From Phallusia mammillata (taxonomy: Eukaryota): a DNA stretch of 64,000 bases. The position numbers and the translations under genes are program-made. The notes below the pieces were generated by a model. That model was not told the origin of the DNA. It saw only the letters and a list, made by a program, of their open reading frames with translations, and searched no databases. The stretch spans positions 15,314,001 through 15,378,000 of the forward strand of contig OZ281501.1 in NCBI GenBank assembly GCA_965637545.1, in the 5' to 3' direction. How positions within the stretch are numbered: position 1 is the stretch's first letter; each line of letters starts with the position of its first letter. Below are positions 1 through 11,299 of this stretch, in pieces.

Positions 1-124
1 CTTTTTGCACAGATATCAAACAATTCGATTGAGTTCCATTGTTGACAACAATGTGGATTATGAAGTAGTATTATGTCGTTAGATTTGTGTGATATTTAAC
101 AATAGACTTATATCTTATTTTTAG

Positions 125-235
125 CTCAAGGGTAATAAAAATATTGGGGGGACAGATGAATGGAAGTAGCCCCCCAACCACATTTTTGGGGGGACAAGTC
201 CCCCCCCGTCGTCCCCCCGTAAATGTTGCTTGGGT
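125..235. repeat. G/C-run-rich repeat fragment, probably the end of a non-autonomous element
   Basis: Clustered homopolymer G and C runs (ggggggacaagtcccccccc, gtcgtcccccc) in otherwise AT-rich DNA. No TSD or partner end identified. Confidence 0.3.
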
Positions 236-1209
236 GGTATAGCTGCCTGTTAGGAACTTCTTGGTGCTGGCATTGCCGAGTCTGAAGGTTAGTAATAGAA
301 GACAGCTTGACCAATTAAGTCGCCAATTTAGCAACTGTTTTCTTTTCGTCGTTTGATCCTTTATTCCCGGGGTCGACAACCTTTTTTGTACTTCCGGGGC
401 AGTGTTTGAAGCAAAGTGGTATTTTTAACCTAAAAGCAGGGTAATACACAGCAAACTTGCTTACCGCAGTAGGTTGTTCTTGCGATAGAATGACTCTGTT
501 TTCCCCCTTGCATACTATAGAATAATTATATCCTTTTGGTCAGTGCACTGTAACGTCGAAGTTTAGATGGCTATATTGTACAGGCGACAAGCAGCAATAA
601 TAAGGTCTTAATCAACTAAGTGAGAAAACTAGAGGGTTATGGAAACTTTAAACCAGGGTATGGATCAGACGTTTGGAATCAATGGATAAAAAAATTTCAA
701 ATATAGTTTTATTTTCAACCATCTGCCTCGCTTTGCCTGGAGATCACATAAAAACCGAATAAGAAATATTTCTTGTCGAGGCAAGTTTTAGTGACAATTA
801 CATTTTCAGAAGTTTGCTTTGAGCAAAATACACCTTCAAAAAGAGCAAAGAGACATTAATGCACATACAACTGAAACACTAACTATGGAACAAGAAAATT
901 CTAATTTCAAATTAATTTCCAGAATCATTGAGGGTGCATTAAAACTATAATTACAAAGAAGAAACATTACAAAGTCTTAACAAATTGTTTAAAAAGTTTG
1001 ATGCTACAAATCTATGTATATTTACAAACCTAATTAATATATTTGTATGACATTCATCGGATAAAATTAACACACAAATTTTGGTAAACAAGGCGATTAA
1101 CAAAACAAAAACGTTGAAAACAAGATGAGTATATTTTGAGTAAACTTTTTCGAGTTTGTTTACAAAATTGCCCCGATGTGTAAACAGCAATTATGGCTGC
1201 CACACATAT

Positions 1210-4200
1210 TTAGGGATTATCATTCATCGTGGATTCAATCCAACTTTGGAACTTGGAAACTTCTGTGTAAAATGAAGGAAACACAAATCCTTTTCTGTCA
1301 ACGTGAGCACATCTGTAGCCAAAGCTGACAATTCCAACTTGAATCCAACATGATTCGCCGGTGTTCGGGTTGTTGTACTTTAAACAATGTTTGTTATGTT
1401 TGTTTACTTGCATTGGTGCAATTAGAACAGCGCATGCTATGAAAGCAAAGCACACATTTCAGCGCATCTTATTCTGTACCCTTGCCAATCAATTTAAAAG
1501 ATAAAGGCAAATACAAAGGTATTGTGATGTTTTATGCCACAGACAATATGGAATTTACATTGGACACAGTGTCACGTTTTTTCTCAAACGAATGAGGCCT
1601 TAAAAGTAAAGTCCTGTCAATTATTTGACAGTAAAGTGGTGTCAATGAAAAAATCATTCAAAATATCCGTAAAACACATTTAAATCCTTTACACCAGTGG
1701 ATGGTTTAAAGCAGTAGTTCTCAAACTGTGCGTCGCGACGCCCTGATACGTCGTTTCAATTTTCCAAGGGCGTCGCAGAATAGTTGCGTTTCGTGGCTGA
1801 ACTCAGTTTATCTCATAAAAATTAGGTTAATACGTTCAGTGCGGTTGACGTATATGTACGTCCAAAGACGTTTTGCGTAGAATATGTATTGACGTTAAAT
1901 TACGTTCTTGATCAAAAATGCTGCTGCCCGTTAATGTACGTCGAGACCAAAAGCCCATGCAGCAAGTGCGTGATCGGCGCGTGTCTGGGGCGACGCTTGG
2001 CGGGCATTAAATTTGGTTTTAAATTCCTCATTAACTTTTATTTGCTGGTGCGTCGCAAGTCCAAAAAACTTTTCCAGAGGCGTCGCAACGAAAAATAGTT
2101 TGAGAAGTTTGAGACTGGTTTAAAGTATTAGAACTGTGTTTATTTGTTTCAATAGTTTTAATTTGACCCTCCATCGATTACAAATTCTCCTGGTTTTTGC
2201 TAGATTGTTTGCGAGTAAAGTAGAAAAACGAAAAACGATGTGAAAATCATGCAAAATTTGCGACAGTGCGTCTCGTATAGTTTACCAACCTCTCGCATAA
2301 GAGGTCCACCACTGTCTCCCTGACACGTGTCAGACAATCCGGTTAGCCAATCAGGGCTCTTCACGCAAATCATGCGATCTGTATACGTCAAATTTATTCC
2401 CGCAAGCCTGTTTATCTCGGTAATGGCATAATTGCATCTGTTGATTAAGGTATACAAATTAAAGTATTTAAAATATATTTTTAGTAACCAAATACCCTGA
2501 AGACATCCTAAAACTTATAAAATCACAAAATCTTAAAAATAAAGCTAACATAACCTCAAATAACTTACACGGCATCTGATTGAATTTGTTGGACAGCTTT
2601 TTTAAGACGGTATGGAACCGTACGGTCGTTTGACAAACTCCATCTACCGAATCCTGTAACAACGAAAGGTATTCGGCTATCTTCAACAAAGCGATCGGCA
2701 AGCCATCTTCCTGCATACAGAATTAGTTGTAAATTCTTGAATAGAAACTGTCTATACAAATTTACGACAAACCGCTCTGACAGACGGAAAACGTTAACTA
2801 CAAAACCTTTTGATGCAATCATGTTTTCTTTTTAATCCACTTGCCTTTCTTTTGACATTTCACATTCTCAGAGTCTCCATCTTCAATTATTTGGTTTCCA
2901 TTCTGGTTCACGTACTTGTCAATGGGGACACAAGTATTGCTGCATGGCAGACATATTGGTCTCACATAAGGTGAAAGGGGGATAGTTCCGTCAAACTCTG
3001 GTCTTCTGCTTGACCAAACCCAATTTAATCCATCCCTGATGGCGTGAAGTGCCACACCGACTCGAATCTAAACAACTTGTCAATAGTAATCTCAGCAACG
3101 ACCTGGGCAGACGTTGCAAGTTTTTACTTTTTACTAGGTAAGCAGTTTATGAAACAAGAGCTTAGAGAGGTAGTAAAGCTGCTCTATGAGGAAATTAGAC
3201 TTTTCTAAGGTTTCGAAAACTTTGGAGTACCAGTGCCACGTCATAATCAAAGTTGTTTCTTCCATGGCGATGTTCTCCATCAAAACCTTCATGAATAAAA
3301 ATTCGTCGCGGTTGGAACACTTTCATGGCTGGGTTAATAGCTTCTCTTGGCTTTGGCCGCACGAAAATTCCTCACAAAAATATGCAACAGTTTAAAGGTT
3401 GCCATTGGACAAAGGTGCGCGTAATAACATTGTCCAGGTTGTAATTACCTACTGCCACAGCCAGATGCCGTGTCATCTGTTGAATGTCCTCCCATTGGTC
3501 AAATAGAGACGCGGATGTAAGAACCCATTGCTGATTGATAAGGCTTCCACCACCGAAAATGCCTTTAAAAGTCTGTGAGTTTTAAAAGTCTGTGAGTGAG
3601 TTTAAATAGTTTTTTCTCAAAATTCGATTTCAGTAACACTTATATTGCATAACAGAGTCAATTCATAAAATGCGATTAGGTAAGAACTAAGCAAGCATTC
3701 AAAAATTGCTGCACAATATATCAAATGCAGTTAAATTAATATGCTAAATCGCAGGACAATTAGCTTCTTTGGAACCCGAAAATCGTGGTTGTAACAAATG
3801 CAATTTACTTGGTAAACAGTTAAACCATCTTTAGGCATTATTGCAGCTTGCCACGGCCAGGCGCTTTCCGTTTTGCTTCCTCCGATGACGCGACCAAACG
3901 ATGATCGACTAAAAATACTTTCTTTGTCGCCAGCTTGACCGCATTTCTTTAAATCTAAAAGAATTTGTTGTGTTGTTTGTGTGACTATTACATTTCAATT
4001 TTGGTAACATTTCGGCAAGTTAATTGCGCCCCGTCAAACCGTCATTTTTAAAAACAATTATTTAAAACATAGTTTATGTGTATAAATTGAAAAAATAATA
4101 ACATCTCACTGTGGCAGCATTGATCTATACATAAGGTCAAAAACGCATAAAAGCGCGTTGTATGTTTTAAATTTTACAACAATACTAAAATCTCCAGTTT

Positions 4201-7200
4201 AGTCAGGCATGTTAGATCGTGTACCTGTGGTAAAGTTTGCGACTTTGTCGAGGTAAGCATTGAGAAGGTAGTAGTTTTCTATTTTGATAAATTTGTCCCT
4301 GTCGCTTGCTAGCAGTCTCATCTCAGTCTCGGCATAGCTAGTCCCCGGGTACACAATGTTGCATGGGCTACATGCCGCGATAACGTATATCTGACGAAAA
4401 GTTAAACGTTATGTTTATTGGTTTATATTTGCCTAAGACACAATCTTTTCGTTATTGTGGACGCATTACACGTGCGATTATCACCAAGTTTAAAATTTGC
4501 TTGTAATTTGAAACCTTGTTTGTATAAACTCTCAAAGACTTTTTTCACCTTAAGAATATCACCAAATTGATTAAGCATTGTCGTTCTGGTTTCATACGGA
4601 TTTCCTCCAAAATTTGTTTTTCCTACATAAAACAAAATATCCTTTTTAAATTCTTTTAAATTATTTTAAATATGACTTGAAGGTAAACATATATCTTTGT
4701 TAAACAACGTTAAATTATAAAACAGTTTTGCCTAATTGCTAATGTGGATTTACTTTTCACACTAAACAACCTGTTATCTTGTGGGAGTTAAGAAACAGCA
4801 AACTTTAACACCCTTAATCGCTAGCTTCGTTTATTCTGCCGTCAAACAATTGTAGTTTGTCCTTTTTTAATCTCTAGTCTAGTATGGTTCCGAAACAAAA
4901 ATAAGCTATTATTTTTTAATTAATTTTATTCACGACAGCTCATTTTGTTTGCATTTGTATTTTTGTTCTATATTTTAAACAAAATTGTTTAGGATAGGCA
5001 ACATAATTGTTTTCAACATTTGAAACAGTAGGCCACATCATTTTTTTTATCATTTTTTTTTGTTGTGACAACTTCGCTGCTATTCCCGAGCAGTGATTGT
5101 AATGTGTTCTACCAATCCAAATGCTTTGATATGGGTCCTCGATTTGTTTATATGGGTCCCCGGTTTGAGTCATTTTCTGTAGGTGCCCGTTCGTGGAAAC
5201 GTTGTCGTGGAAATGGTGATGGGTTGCTATGTGTCTGAGGTGACACTTTTTGTTGCATGCTACTTTTAGGCCTCGAGCCCATAAGCTAAACCAGTGTGTG
5301 TGAATTTTGTGAGCCGCTATTGCAAGGCTCTAAGTCTTTGTAGACTTGGAGAGACAGTATTTGATGTAAGATCAAATTAACTGGGGTTTTGCAACTAATT
5401 CTGTTTAAACTGTAACAAAACAAGTCCAACACCTTACCATCCGTAAACAAAAAGACGTGACGTTCTTTTTCGTCATCAATATGAAAACCTAATATCAATT
5501 GCCTGTGAACTTCCTCAAGCGCCTTTTTAGTTGCCGTATTGTTTCCTATTGTTGTAGCCAAAACTCCTGTAAGGAAACGTTGGAGTTTTTGAGGCGCAAC
5601 ATTTGGTATCAAATTGTTTTGTATTGCAAGTAAGTTGTATTGTTTCCCACCGTTTTCAAAATCCGCTTGGCACTTGTCGAGTCGCAAAAGAACAGCGGTT
5701 GAGTTTTGTTCGTTGTTTTGCAAAGGAATCCTCACTTCGAAATCACTAGCAAACACCATTAAACCATAGTTTATGGTTCCTCGATCATAATTGGAAAGCT
5801 GTTGAAAGGTACGAATTTAAAAGATAAACGTAATTTGTGCACCTTACCATCTTACCCGTTTCACTAAGTTTTTCGCAAACGCGATTGCATACTTGAACTG
5901 TATGGAATTAATGCTTTCTGATACATCGAAAATAAAAGCTATTTCGTGGCGTTTGTTCTCTGTTGTGGAAATCCAAGGGGCGTGGCCCTGCTGAGGAAAG
6001 CTTGCAACGCTTGCAACTCGTCTCCGAGGATCTGTAAACCATGAGAAAAAAGTTTTACCAAAAGATTATAATAGACCATTTTCAAAAGATGAAGTTTTTT
6101 TAACCAGCAAACACCTAACGATGGGCGTAAAACGAACAGAGACAAACGTTTATGTAATTAAATAAATGATTTAAATCATTCTCACACAAGCTTCGGCAGG
6201 TCGTCAACAAACCACTCCATCGTCCGTTTTCCGTGCACATACGCCTCGCTGCTCCGATTAAAACATAGCCTGGCTGGCAGCGAAATTGTACGATCGAGTT
6301 AACAGGGTAAGAATCACGACTTTCTGACTCAATAACAAGGTTTCGGCCATCTAGATGTCGCGTTGGATCATCGCAGAAAATTTCTGAAATCGCAGTTTAG
6401 GGTTTAAGTTTTAAAACGTTGTAACGCTGCTTAACAGTGCTCACACAATTAAAGAGCAAATATTGCGAAATAGTCAGAATTTTAAACACACGTGTTACTT
6501 AGCAGAACCATAATAGTAAAATACTCATATTAGTTTATATGTTATAACCTAGTTATGCTTCCGTAAAGGTGCGTAAAAGTAAAGGTATATATTCACCTGC
6601 ACACTGCACTTGAGCACGTGTCCACGATCTTCGGGAAGTGCAACGAATTTGAGGACCTACTTGCCCCATCCCGGGTGGACAAGTATACTCAACAAAGTCG
6701 TCAAACTGAAAGTTTTCGGTCACCCGTATCACAGTATTGTTGACGAAACGATAAACTTTGAATCCTTTGCTTCCGTAGGCGCTAGGTGGATTTCCATCAC
6801 ACTGTGATTCTATGGCAGAAAAAGCAAGAAGTGCAGACCGGAATGTACGTTCGGTCTGGGTTTTGTAAATCATTTAAATTTATCCGATAGCGAATTAAAT
6901 CTTTTGCATATGCCTATATGTATCTCAAGTGTTTGGACAAGGTCGAGTTACTTGATGTGCTATATGTGTTAACCACCTTGTCGATCCAATATAAAGTCCT
7001 ATTGGGCAAAATATTTATGATAAAATTGTGGAGGCTTTTTGCCCGAAATAGGATAGCTTTTTTGCCTTACGAGTGCAACACAGTTACGCAACGCGGGCTA
7101 AACATTAGGCGAAAGAAAAAAAATACATTCAGCGCATATTTTAGCATGGCTTGCATTGAAGCTTTCATTTATTAACCACTTCTTTCAACTATTGTTTAGT

Positions 7201-8745
7201 GCGGCATTAAAAATATATACATAAATGGTATCATGTTCACTAAATCACTTAAAGAGAAAGAAAATACGTACTCGGATTAAAACAGGACATCCCGCAATGA
7301 CCGTCACACTCGCAACGCTTTCGTCCTTTGCAATCAGAATTGGAATTGCAAGGTTTTCTGCAGTCTTGTGCTGCAGCTTGAGCCAATTCGGAATTTCGCT
7401 GAGGACAATCACCTGAATATTGATCGTTGTTTAACAGTTTCATACATGTTTGTATTTATGATCAAAATATGGTCATTCTTATCAGGCGCTTGTGTTTGCT
7501 TATTGCGAATTTTGCGTGAAGATCTATTTCTTTTTTATGTACAGACATTGATAGAGTCAGTAACCAGTTTAACGAGTTTGGCCAGAGGTTCTCATACGGG
7601 TTCCAATTTGCTCGTTTAGGGGGACTTTTTTTTTCCTGGAAGGAAATTTGCTGCAAAAGAGGTTTAAAGAAGAAATTCTGTGGTTAAAAACTCGTTTTTA
7701 ATGTTTGTTTACTTGACACATAAAAAACCTATCACTAGGAATATCTACAATACACAAGAAATGTTGCGGGAACAGCTGTGACAAAAAAAAAACTATAAGA
7801 ACAACTGGATTTAACTTAGCTTTTAAATGTGTTGAAAGAATTTGCGCATTTCATGTGCTTACCGCATCTTGCGTATTCGTAGCCTTCATCTTCACTCGAT
7901 GAGCAGTCATTCCTTCCATCACACAACTGCTCATTGTTGAGACAAACGCCATTAAGACATTGAAACCTACCATCACTGCACAAGCGTAATCCTGGAGTTG
8001 CTGCATACAAATGTGCAATTAATTGAACTGCCAAATATTGGTTTTGTGTTGGCAACATTTACAACACATTGCACTATGATTTTAGAAACTTTTCTCCATT
8101 TAGAATTTAAACACAGATGTTACAAAATTTGTTTTGACAGCCTCGGAATTAGGCCAACCTGGTATGGGCGGCGGTAATTACCTTGAAATACTAGTTTTAA
8201 AATCTCAGGGAACCTAATCTCACAACGGGGGCTGTCTCCCGAATTCTGTAAAGGCTTAGATTACTGCAAAAACGTCTCACCAACAAAGTCAATATTCTCG
8301 CACGCTGAGGTATAGCTTATGGCTAAGAGACTTTAAACACCAGATACAAACTCGATCAACGGCCCTAGAGAAATGCCTTTAACAAACTGACGATGCCCTA
8401 CCGGCCTACAGTGTAGGGCACATTCTAAAATAGAGCAATCAACGGTTATGAAGCACCCACCCTTGAGGAGAAGCAACAAAGGCACAACAACACAAAAAAA
8501 CTAAGATATCACAAACAAACATAGGACTCATCAAAAATTGACTACTTAGATATTTTCATAAAGATCAACGACCGGTTGTGTAACTGAACACCTTGCATTG
8601 GCCTTTGGATTTGGCCAATAAGGTTTTAAACGTCGGCGGTAAAATGTCACATGTGTTGTTGTTGTACACAACTACAGATCAACAGAAAAGTAGACTTACT
8701 TGTGATGCAAATGACAAGAACTGCAAATTCTAGAATGGCACGCAT
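1210..8745 (-). CDS. Complement factor B/C2-like mosaic protein (signal peptide-LDLa-WAP-2xCCP-vWA-trypsin-fold domain), predicted catalytically inactive; about 888 aa, 16 coding exons
   Basis: Exons in transcript order, all phases compatible (total 2667 nt): 8745-8700 (MRAILEFAVLVICIT signal peptide), 8000-7863 (LDLa CSDGRFQCLNGVCLNNEQLCDGRNDC), 7412-7272 (8-Cys WAP), 6809-6597 and 6383-6186 (CCP1, CCP2), 6031-5856 (YPRRR linker, vWA MIDAS DVSES), 5798-5438 (NTAT, FTDG), 4622-4549, 4390-4225, 3954-3809 (CG...FGR/VIGG...WPWQ), 3572-3449 (FGGGSL...WVLTSASL), 3370-3231 (DYDVAL), 3067-2845 (VRPICLP), 2710-2569, 2437-2286 (DTCQGDSGGP), 1436-1210 (GIVSFG...YTEVSKFQSWI, TAA). The acceptors of exon 12 and of the last exon are the least certain. 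CCP-vWA-serine protease order is diagnostic of the Bf/C2 family. Confidence 0.9.
1712..2117. mobile_element. Non-autonomous hAT-type element (MITE), 406 bp, in the last intron of the Bf-like gene
   Basis: Left end CAGTAGTTCTCAAACT; right end reads CAGTCTCAAACT on the reverse strand. Identical 8-bp TSD GTTTAAAG at 1704-1711 and 2118-2125. Sub-terminal GCGTCGC motifs. Confidence 0.85.
3564..3597. repeat. 17-bp tandem duplication spanning a splice acceptor of the Bf-like gene
   Basis: TTTAAAAGTCTGTGAGT x2. On the minus strand this gives two CTCACAG/ACTTTTAAA acceptors 17 nt apart. Confidence 0.9.
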
Positions 8746-11299
8746 GCTTCTGGACTGAGATTTTGACAGCTTACAGAGAATTCAGATTGCAGTACAACCA
8801 AGACTTTTAAAAAAGTAAGATACTCGATCTTTATTACTACTAAAAGTCTTTAATAACAATTTTTATCAATTATTTTTGATAGCAGTTATGAACTATGTTT
8901 AGTTTTTCGATTAAACTATACTTGTAGCAGTCAGCTACAATCAGCCACAAGCAAGCACAGTTTAAGAAGTAACAGGAAACATTTCAATTGCTCCGTTTAT
9001 TGCAAAGTCTTATTCGAAGCAGTAAAGTTTCAAATACAGTTTTGCGACCTGCAAATAATTTCCGCTTTCAGGAAACTGCTTGACTTGACGAAAGCCAATT
9101 GCTTTTTGTTTATTATAACAAGTATTGGATGAAACTCAACCTCGTTTTAATCGGCAACTATTCGTTGTTAAATTGGCAACAATATATCATTCACTAGTTA
9201 TCAGTAATGCCAATACCTTTTATGCAAAGGTTTGATTTCGTGCGATTTGAACTGTCGGATTCTGAAGATTATCTGACCTTTATGCGGTTAAACTAAAATC
9301 CAGGATATGGACTTCAACATACGCATTGAAAAAAGTAACTACCAATTACTGAAGTTGGTTGGTATTATAAAAAACCTTACCCAGGTACAATATTCACGGT
9401 TTAAAAAATCTTGCAAGAAATAGGTAGGCCAATATATTGATAAAAATATGACGTTTCGAAAATAATGCGGAACTTTTGATTTATTCTCTCGCCGTTTTGC
9501 TGCGTTTACTAGTCTGATCATTGTTGGGTTTTACACTCCATTTGAGATTTAAATTAGGATTGTCGAATGTTTTTTTTACAAATATATTGGAATAACCGTT
9601 TCTTGTTTCACTTACCTTTTAAAGATTTTCGTTTCAGAAGATAAGAAGCTGCAAAATATATACGTTTTCTTGTCAAAGAGCGTCTGATTTTGCCAACTTT
9701 CTTGATACAAAACTCAGGCCATACAATACCACAATCCAGAATTAAACAAATATTAAGAATCCTATCCCCTTTTTTCTGTTCAATGTGCAGCGTTCTTGTC
9801 TATGCCCCAGGACCCACCTATCTGTAATTTGTATGTGGTTTAACACTGGTTAATTGCCTTTGTACGTTACCCTTACGTTTGTTGTGTTTTCCCTGCTGAT
9901 GACAGCATAAAATGTCAAACCGTTTTTAGGTCAAAAAAGTCCAAATTTTGCTCTTGACTCAGTGTTTAATATGAGGTCGAAAGCGTTGGCAAACCTTTAT
10001 GCTCTTCTGTTTTCCTATGCTCTGCTGTCATAACTGAAAAGAATTTGATTCTGCAGCAATGTGCTGACATGGCAATATACGTTGTAGCGTTTCTTGCTTG
10101 GCTTATGCACAAATACTTTGCTCTTTAACTGCGGCCCTAAGATATGGCCAATTAAAAAAAGCTATCAAATTCAAACTGTTACGATTTTTCTTCCCAACTG
10201 GGGTGCATTTGAAAGCTGATTTATAATGGCTTCTAGTCGGGTCAAAAATCTGATGGATTTGTACTTGAAAATATGCAAATATACCAAGGACAAATGAATA
10301 AACATAAAAGGTTTGTTTTTAAGGTTTTGCCTAAATTGATTTTTTGTGTTTCACGCTTGACTGACCAGCATACAGTTGCTTCATGACTTTTTTGGACTTT
10401 GCCGGCGCATTGCGGAAATCTTTGTTTACAGTTTGACACTGCTGTACAGAAAATGGCAAAAACTATGTAAGCTAGTGGGTAATTTTTGTCAGGACTAGCT
10501 TGCAAATACAGCTTTACAAATCAATTTGGGTTTCCTGCAAGTAATGACTGCAGTTATTTTACAAAAATAAACTTAAAAATAACTGCAGTAACTGCACTAC
10601 TAATTCCAAATGTCCAAATCTGATGCCCTGCATATTAATTGTAATTACTTGCCCATGGATTGCATTTACTATTGCTTTCACTATTTCAATAGAGAGAAAA
10701 AATATAGACAATAAATTATGAAGTACTCTGAAACGCATGTTTTGTTGTTTGTCATCACATTCTTTGACGTTTCTGTGTTATTATGATGCAAAGATATCTA
10801 ATGACACTCAGCTTTACCAAACGGGTTTTGAATTCAATATGGGTATATTAATTTATAATATTCCTCACAATAAAATATTTTTACACAAGTTTCAAGACCG
10901 GAAAACATTTTTAGTTTGTAGTACGATAATAAAATAAAATAAAGTTTACATAGTTGACTTCACAACTAATTCATGACGTCATCAAAAATGTATATTTTGA
11001 AAACGACTTTCTGGACAACTTTAAACTAATATTTACGCTTAAAACGGTATTAAGTGATATATCTTCACAAAAACACAAAAAAGCAATATTTTAGTTGCAA
11101 CTTAGAAGTCCCGTAGACAGTGTCAGGGCAAAAGAACTAACTACTTGCAGGATATTATGATATTTGGATGTACAGTTTTTCTGAAAACAGTAGGAAGTAA
11201 TGTTGATTGTTAGTTTACCATTAGCGGTTTTGCAAAGCACTTTGTGACACATTGGTGAAGTTAGGTAACTTTTAAGACCAGGAAAAACAAAAGGTTTAA

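Noticed and set aside
4940-5173. ORF as a vWA exon
   Set aside because: Phase-1 entry stops after 9 codons. The exon at 4622-4549 (GKTNFGGNP) supplies the expected post-TDG sequence.
7462-7656. Extra Bf exon behind the TTTTGCAG acceptor at 7651
   Set aside because: In the required phase it hits TAA after 11 codons. A one-base homopolymer correction still gives no phase-compatible donor, and LDLa splices cleanly to WAP without it.
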